DNA of 64,000 bases from Minisyncoccota bacterium. GTDB taxonomy: Bacteria > Patescibacteriota > Minisyncoccia > Phycocordibacterales > Phycocordibacteraceae. The stretch spans positions 41,984-105,983 of the forward strand of contig DATKSU010000005.1 of assembly GCA_035531495.1 (NCBI GenBank), written 5' to 3'. How positions within the stretch are numbered: the first letter of the stretch is position 1; the number at the start of each line of letters is the position of its first letter. A model generated the notes under the pieces. The model was not told the DNA's origin. It ran no database searches and worked only from the letters and a program-made list of their open reading frames with translations. Of the stretch, positions 59,150 to 64,000 are shown piece after piece. The translations under genes were made by a program, and so were the position numbers.

Positions 59150-59818
59150 TTACTTCGCTTTGGGCCACCGCGTTGCGGCTTTCGGCCAGAGCTTCGTCAG
59201 GGGATGCGCTGCGCAGTCGTGCGGCCGGGCCGGGCAGACGTACCGGCCGTAGAGGACGAGGCCGTTATTCACGTATTTCCAGTCCCGCTTCGGGATGAGC
59301 GCCTCGAGGTCCTTCGATATCTTCGTCAGGTCGTCGTTATCCGTGAGGTCGAAGCGCTTGGCGAACCGCTTCACGTGCGTATCGGTCGCGATGCCCTCCC
59401 ATATGTCGAAGAGCTCGCCGAGGATGACGTGCGCCGTCTTGTAGCCCACGCCCGGCAGAGCGACGAGCGCGGCTTCCGTGCGCGGCACGCGCCCGCCGCG
59501 CTGCGCGACGATGGCCGCGGCCGCGCCGATGACGGCTTTCGCTTTGTTGCGGAAGAACGGGATGGAGGAAATCTCCTTCACGAACGCCGCCGGTCTGGCG
59601 CGCGCGAAATCCGCGGGCGTCCTGTACTTCTTGAACAAGATCGCGGTCAGCTTGTTGATCGCCTTGTCGGTGCACTGCGCCGAGAGGATGACGGCAACGA
59701 CGAACTGGAACGGCGTACGGTACGCGAGCTCGCTCTTCGGGCGCGGATACGTCTTCTTCAGGTACGCGACGATGCGCGTTGCGCGCCGCTTCCGTTCCTG
59801 GAATCTCGCGCTCGTCAT
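59150..59818 (-). CDS. nth: endonuclease III
   Basis: ILSAQCTD, F..NKA, LPGVGYKTA, DTHV.R. Confidence 0.9.
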   Translation of the reverse strand: MTSARFQERKRRATRIVAYLKKTYPRPKSELAYRTPFQFVVAVILSAQCTDKAINKLTAILFKKYRTPADFARARPAAFVKEISSIPFFRNKAKAVIGAAAAIVAQRGGRVPRTEAALVALPGVGYKTAHVILGELFDIWEGIATDTHVKRFAKRFDLTDNDDLTKISKDLEALIPKRDWKYVNNGLVLYGRYVCPARPHDCAAHPLTKLWPKAATRWPKAK

Positions 59819-60288
59819 CGCGCGAGCGCCCGGAGATCGGCGACGACCTCCGCGGCGTGCTTCTCGGGCTTCACGCGCTCGTAGACCTTCAGGATCGTCC
59901 CGTCGGCGCCGATGAGGAACGACGTGCGGCTCGTGCCCATGTAGGCGCGGCCCATGAACTTCCGCTCGCCGAAGACGCCGTAGCGGCCGACGACCTCCTT
60001 GTGCTCGTCGGCCAAGAGCGTGAACGGAAGCGCGTACGTCGCCGCGAACTTCTTGTGGCTCGCGACCGAATCGGTCGAGACGCCGAGCACGACGGCGCCA
60101 ATCGTCGAGAAGCTCGCGAACTGGTCGCGCAGCGCGCACGCCTCGACGGTGCAGCCGGGCGTGTCATCTTTCGGATAGAAATAGAGGAGGACGGGCTTCC
60201 CGCGGTACTCCGACAGCGCGTGCGCCGTCCCATCCTGGTCGGGAAGCGTGAAATCAGGCGCCGCGGAACCGAGCTTCGGCATCTCCAT
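59815..60288 (-). CDS. bcp: peroxiredoxin Bcp/PrxQ
   Basis: APDFTL, YFYPKDDTPGCTVEAC, R.SFLI. Confidence 0.93.
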   Translation of the reverse strand: MEMPKLGSAAPDFTLPDQDGTAHALSEYRGKPVLLYFYPKDDTPGCTVEACALRDQFASFSTIGAVVLGVSTDSVASHKKFAATYALPFTLLADEHKEVVGRYGVFGERKFMGRAYMGTSRTSFLIGADGTILKVYERVKPEKHAAEVVADLRALAR

Positions 60289-60296
60289 CGGCCCCA

Positions 60297-61448
60297 CTAT
60301 AGCACCGAGGGATGGTCGTCGCGCGGGAAGACGGCATGGAAGAAGAGCAGGAGGAGCGTGCCGGCGGCGAACGACGTGAAGAGGGAGACGATGAGCGAGC
60401 CGAGAAGCGGGAGGAGCGCGATAAGCGAGAGCGCGAACATGCCGAGCACGCCGTCGCGCCAGAGGACGTTCTCGCGCTTCTCGAAGCGGCGGACGAAAAT
60501 GCTGCCGACGAGGATGCCCGCATAGACGACGGCGAGGAGCGCGAGGAGCGCGTAAAGGATGATGAGGAGGAACGCGAGGCCGATGCCGACGAAGGTCAGG
60601 AGGAGCATGATGAAGAGCACCGGCGTGACGACGAGCGCCGAGAAGCCGAGCAGCGTCGTGAGCAGGAGGCCGCGCAGCCGCTGTGCGTACGCGCGTTCGG
60701 CGACCGCCTCCGCGAGCTTCGGGAAGAGGCCGGCGAGCAGGCCGGCGAGGATGAGCGCGCCGAGGATGCGCACAAGGAGGAAGATGGCGATGCTGAGAAA
60801 CGCGAGCACGCGCGAGGTATTCGCGCTCGGCAAGTAGGATGCGTTCGCGTAGTGCACGCCGCCCGTGACGACGACGGAGGTCGGAATGTCGGCCGGTTCC
60901 GGCGCCTCATAAGACAGCCGCCCCTGGATGGTCGTGCTCGCGGCGAGCCTGACGCTGCCGCTCGAGACGATTGTCACGTTGCCGGCGAAATCACCGGCGA
61001 GCGAGATATCGTTGCCGTAGATGGTGACGGGGCCCGCGGCGCCGTCGGCCATGACGACATTCGCCGCGACGATGAGGACGTTACCGCCCGCGCGGCCGGC
61101 ATCCTGCACCGAAAAACCGAAGGCGATGAGGTCGCCGCCGATGGGCTTCTCGACGCTGATCGAGCCGCCGGCTGCGCGGAAGTCGCCCGCGACGGGCGCG
61201 CGCGAACTCACCGTCCCGCCGAAGAGGAGCTCGTCGCCTGCGACCGATCCCGCGGCGATGATGGAACCGCCGGCGGCCGAGAGGTCGCCCGCGACGGGCG
61301 AGGTCAGCACGACCGACGGGCCGGCGACATAGGCGTTCCCGCGCGACGAGCTCGCCGTGAGGAGCGATGGCGCAGCCGGCGCGGCAGCGGCGAATGCGCT
61401 CGCCGGGAGGAAGAGGACGAACGTCGCGGCGAAGAGCGTGCGGTACAT
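60297..61448 (-). CDS. exported beta-helix (bactofilin-like) repeat protein with C-terminal TM domain
   Basis: Signal peptide, repeated V.GD...AGG.. units, then several TM helices. Confidence 0.7.
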   Translation of the reverse strand: MYRTLFAATFVLFLPASAFAAAAPAAPSLLTASSSRGNAYVAGPSVVLTSPVAGDLSAAGGSIIAAGSVAGDELLFGGTVSSRAPVAGDFRAAGGSISVEKPIGGDLIAFGFSVQDAGRAGGNVLIVAANVVMADGAAGPVTIYGNDISLAGDFAGNVTIVSSGSVRLAASTTIQGRLSYEAPEPADIPTSVVVTGGVHYANASYLPSANTSRVLAFLSIAIFLLVRILGALILAGLLAGLFPKLAEAVAERAYAQRLRGLLLTTLLGFSALVVTPVLFIMLLLTFVGIGLAFLLIILYALLALLAVVYAGILVGSIFVRRFEKRENVLWRDGVLGMFALSLIALLPLLGSLIVSLFTSFAAGTLLLLFFHAVFPRDDHPSVL

Positions 61449-61459
61449 GCGTCTGTCGG

Positions 61460-61930
61460 CTATGCCGCGGGCGGCATCGAGAGCGATGGCGGCAGCGCCT
61501 CGGGCGCAGGCCGGCGCAGCGGCTCTATGAATCCCGCGAGGACGAAGATGATGAGCGCGATGAGGGCCGAGGCGAGGCAATAGATGCAGTACGCCTGTAT
61601 CGCGAATACCTCTATGAGCGTGAAGTACAGCGAAACGACGAGACCGAGGATGGCTACCCCTTGGAGCGTGCGCCGCAGCCGCCGGTCGTAGACGAAGAGC
61701 TCGAGGGCGGCGAGCGCGAAGATGATGCTGTAGAAGAGGACGCCGTAGTCGGCGAGCGGGATGCCGAAGAGGCGCGAGTAGGGACTCGCCGCGACCGTAT
61801 TGCAGCCCGAGAGGTATTGGATATTGCACAGAAGGGGCGTGCCGGCCGTCTCATTCTGGGCGAGATAGGCCGAATCGGCGAGGCCGCAGAACGCGAGCAC
61901 GAGGATGAGGACGACGCTCGCCCGTTTCAT
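61460..61930 (-). CDS. vitamin K epoxide reductase (VKOR) family protein
   Basis: C..C.TV..S.YS..FGIP and CIYC redox motif. Confidence 0.9.
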   Translation of the reverse strand: MKRASVVLILVLAFCGLADSAYLAQNETAGTPLLCNIQYLSGCNTVAASPYSRLFGIPLADYGVLFYSIIFALAALELFVYDRRLRRTLQGVAILGLVVSLYFTLIEVFAIQAYCIYCLASALIALIIFVLAGFIEPLRRPAPEALPPSLSMPPAA

Positions 61931-62106
61931 ATATAGCCCCACAATACGCGGGCGGCGGCCAACGCGCAAATGCCCGCGATGGGCGCTACCGGTGCGGCCG
62001 ATGGCGGGTTTTCTTTCGGTAGGAGCTCATTACGGGGACCGCGGAGACGCCGCCTCGCGTCTTGCCGTTCGTTCGCGCGAACCGGCTTATCGATCATCGT
62101 CGTCCC

Positions 62107-62289
62107 ATGCGGATCACCCAGGCGCTCGGTTCCGGCCTCTTTCTCGTCATCGTCGCGCATCTCATGCCTTCCGTGTTCGCGCAGCTTGCCCGCACCGCCG
62201 TCGTTTTCCTGCAGAGTTCGCAGGCAGCGCTCGCGGCAGCCGGAATGCTCGCCGCGCATGCCGGGACCCTTACACCCCCGCTAAACTAA
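62107..62289 (+). CDS. small hydrophobic hypothetical protein
   Basis: 60 aa MRITQALGSGLFLVIV...; followed by a hairpin shared with the convergent gene. Confidence 0.5.
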   Translation: MRITQALGSGLFLVIVAHLMPSVFAQLARTAVVFLQSSQAALAAAGMLAAHAGTLTPPLN

Positions 62290-62345
62290 ATACGAAAGCC
62301 GCCTGCGGGCGGCTTTGTCGTATCGAGATGCGGGAACGACGAGCG

Positions 62346-62786
62346 CTACATCGCGCGCGGCTGTTCCGGGGGCATCTGCGCGGACCCTGACGGAGGAGAC
62401 ATTCCGCCGCCTGCGGGGGCCGCGCCATCCTTGCCGTACATGCCAGCGATGAAGATGACGACGCCCGCGACGAGGTTGAGCCAGTTGGACGCGCCGTTCG
62501 CGTACGCGATGCCAAGCAGCATCCCGCCGGCCGAGGGGACGCTGAAGAGGCCGATGAGACCGATGAGGAAGGTTATGACGCCGACGATCTTGAGCCAGAC
62601 GCGGGAGCTCTCGCTCGCCCAGAATGCGACGATGAGCAGTATCGCGCCGAGGATGATGTAGATGCTGTCGAGCATCGCATCGGCCGCGAAAAGTGCGTTC
62701 GCGCCGATGAGCGGGTTTGAGGTGAATCCGAGGAGGCCGAGGAGCACCAGGATGATGCCGAAGATGATAGCTAGTGTTTTTGTCAT
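62346..62786 (-). CDS. four-TM membrane protein (DUF4383-like)
   Basis: G...LLG.LGF, NWLNLV.G, four hydrophobic helices. Confidence 0.65.
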   Translation of the reverse strand: MTKTLAIIFGIILVLLGLLGFTSNPLIGANALFAADAMLDSIYIILGAILLIVAFWASESSRVWLKIVGVITFLIGLIGLFSVPSAGGMLLGIAYANGASNWLNLVAGVVIFIAGMYGKDGAAPAGGGMSPPSGSAQMPPEQPRAM

Positions 62787-63017
62787 TAATGGCCGTTAGG
62801 GCTGCTAAGGCGGCCCGCTTTGGCGGAGAGGCGCCATCCTTATGATACTTCGGCCGCGCGGGGGCGCGGAAAAACGCGGGGGAACCTCTGTGCATAACGC
62901 GGGCGGCAGGCTCCGAGACGCGAAACGGCCCCGTCAGGAGACGGGGCCGTTCTTTCAGGAACCCTGCAGCCCGCCGGCGAGCTACGGCGGCCAGCTCGCA
63001 ATGGCTGCCGTAAGGCA

Positions 63018-63890
63018 TCATATGCCGTTCTCGTCGAGAGTGCGGAGCTCTTGGTAAGGGCGGATGCCCCTACATAGTTCACTACGCGTCGTCGTCGCGA
63101 TTCTTTCACTCGTCGTCGAGAAGAACGCGAGCGGCACCGGTAAGGGGCCGTTCTCGACGAGGCCATAGGTCTGCCAGGGAAAGACGAAACAGGCATGGAA
63201 GACAGCAGCGGTCGTCGTCGCCGGCACGCCGACGACGCGCACTTCGCCGCCGCGCGCGACGATGGTGAGGTCCGGGCCGCGCAGGTCGCTGCCGTCGACC
63301 TCCCACGTGCGTCCGTCGAAGTCCTGCAGCATGAAGGACGCGACGCCGGGGGTCACCGAGAGGACACGGCCGCCGAGGAGCCCCTTCTCCGGCGCGACCC
63401 ACCAGGAGCGCTCTTCGACGAGGATGGGGCGGTAGAACGGCAGATGGCCGCCGAGCGCCTCTTCGATCTCGCCGCCGAAGCCGGTCGCATAGAACGCGGT
63501 GCCGAGCGTGACCGACGTGAGCACCGCGCCGAGAGCGATGAGGAGGAGCGGATAGCGGTAGCCGTGATTCGTACGGCGCACGTTCACGTAGCCGATGAGG
63601 ATGAAGAGGATGAGTGCGCAAGCCCACAGGAAGGGCGCCGTATCGAGGACGAAGGAGAGGAAGCTCTCGTGCGTCACGACTGAGAGCCGCCAGCCGGCAT
63701 TCTCGACCTGGAAGAGCGCCGCTGAGAACGCGATGGCGCCGAGGATGACCGCGATGGCGCCGAGCGTCCAGAAGAAATAGTTCTTGAAGACGAATTCCCA
63801 GCGCGGGCGGGGCACCAGGCGTTCGCCCTTGATGCGTTCAAGGATGCGTTTCGCGAACGGGTCGGGGGTATGCGGGTGGTCGGGAGTCAT
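63018..63890 (-). CDS. membrane protein coupled to an ECF sigma factor (candidate anti-sigma)
   Basis: Three TM helices plus a C-terminal beta-rich domain; ATGA overlap with the sigma-factor stop. Confidence 0.6.
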   Translation of the reverse strand: MTPDHPHTPDPFAKRILERIKGERLVPRPRWEFVFKNYFFWTLGAIAVILGAIAFSAALFQVENAGWRLSVVTHESFLSFVLDTAPFLWACALILFILIGYVNVRRTNHGYRYPLLLIALGAVLTSVTLGTAFYATGFGGEIEEALGGHLPFYRPILVEERSWWVAPEKGLLGGRVLSVTPGVASFMLQDFDGRTWEVDGSDLRGPDLTIVARGGEVRVVGVPATTTAAVFHACFVFPWQTYGLVENGPLPVPLAFFSTTSERIATTTRSELCRGIRPYQELRTLDENGI

Positions 63891-64000
63891 GATGAAAAGG
63901 GTTTCGGGAACGCGTCGCGCAGCGCACGCTTGGCCCGGTGCAGGAGGGTCGAGACCGTCCCGACCGGCACTTCGAGGATATCAGACATCTCGGCATAGGA
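63887..64000 (-). CDS. ECF RNA polymerase sigma factor, region 4 (C-terminal fragment)
   Basis: Manual translation SYAEMSDILEVPVGTVSTLLHRAKRALR; start lies outside the window. Confidence 0.8.
   Translation of the reverse strand, partial: SYAEMSDILEVPVGTVSTLLHRAKRALRDAFPKPFSS

Overview
GC-rich bacterial window, standard code 11. Gene content and style point to a Patescibacteria/CPR (Parcubacteria-like) genome; this is an inference from the full type IV pilus/competence locus, secG linked to an orphan solute-binding protein, CCA-less tRNAs and many Shine-Dalgarno-less genes. Core genes: gatA, gatC, ligA, the pil cluster, comF, groS, groL, secG, rnj, mutY-like, nth, bcp and four tRNAs (Asp, Met/Ile2-CAT, fMet, Ser). 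Accessory content: (1) an N-acyl-amino-acid-type biosynthetic locus at 22.5-29.6 kb (FeeM-like synthase, ACP, PPTase, acyltransferase, ThiF, two SGNH hydrolases, membrane protein, PCMH/FeeG-like flavoprotein); (2) a PaaK-like ligase, ThiF, nitroreductase and membrane histidine kinase operon at 5.3-10.8 kb that looks like a make-and-sense signalling unit; (3) an AT-rich islet next to tRNA-fMet, bounded by 26-bp direct repeats, with an orphan, apparently exported Cap15-like beta-barrel behind a structured RNA leader; (4) an ApbE/FMN-binding/RnfD-FNR flavinylation module; (5) a CsoR-controlled copper operon; (6) an islet next to tRNA-Asp with an orphan DUF397 gene. Many genes have a -10 hexamer 5-8 nt before the start codon, suggesting widespread leaderless mRNAs. 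All family assignments come from motif recognition by eye, not database searches.
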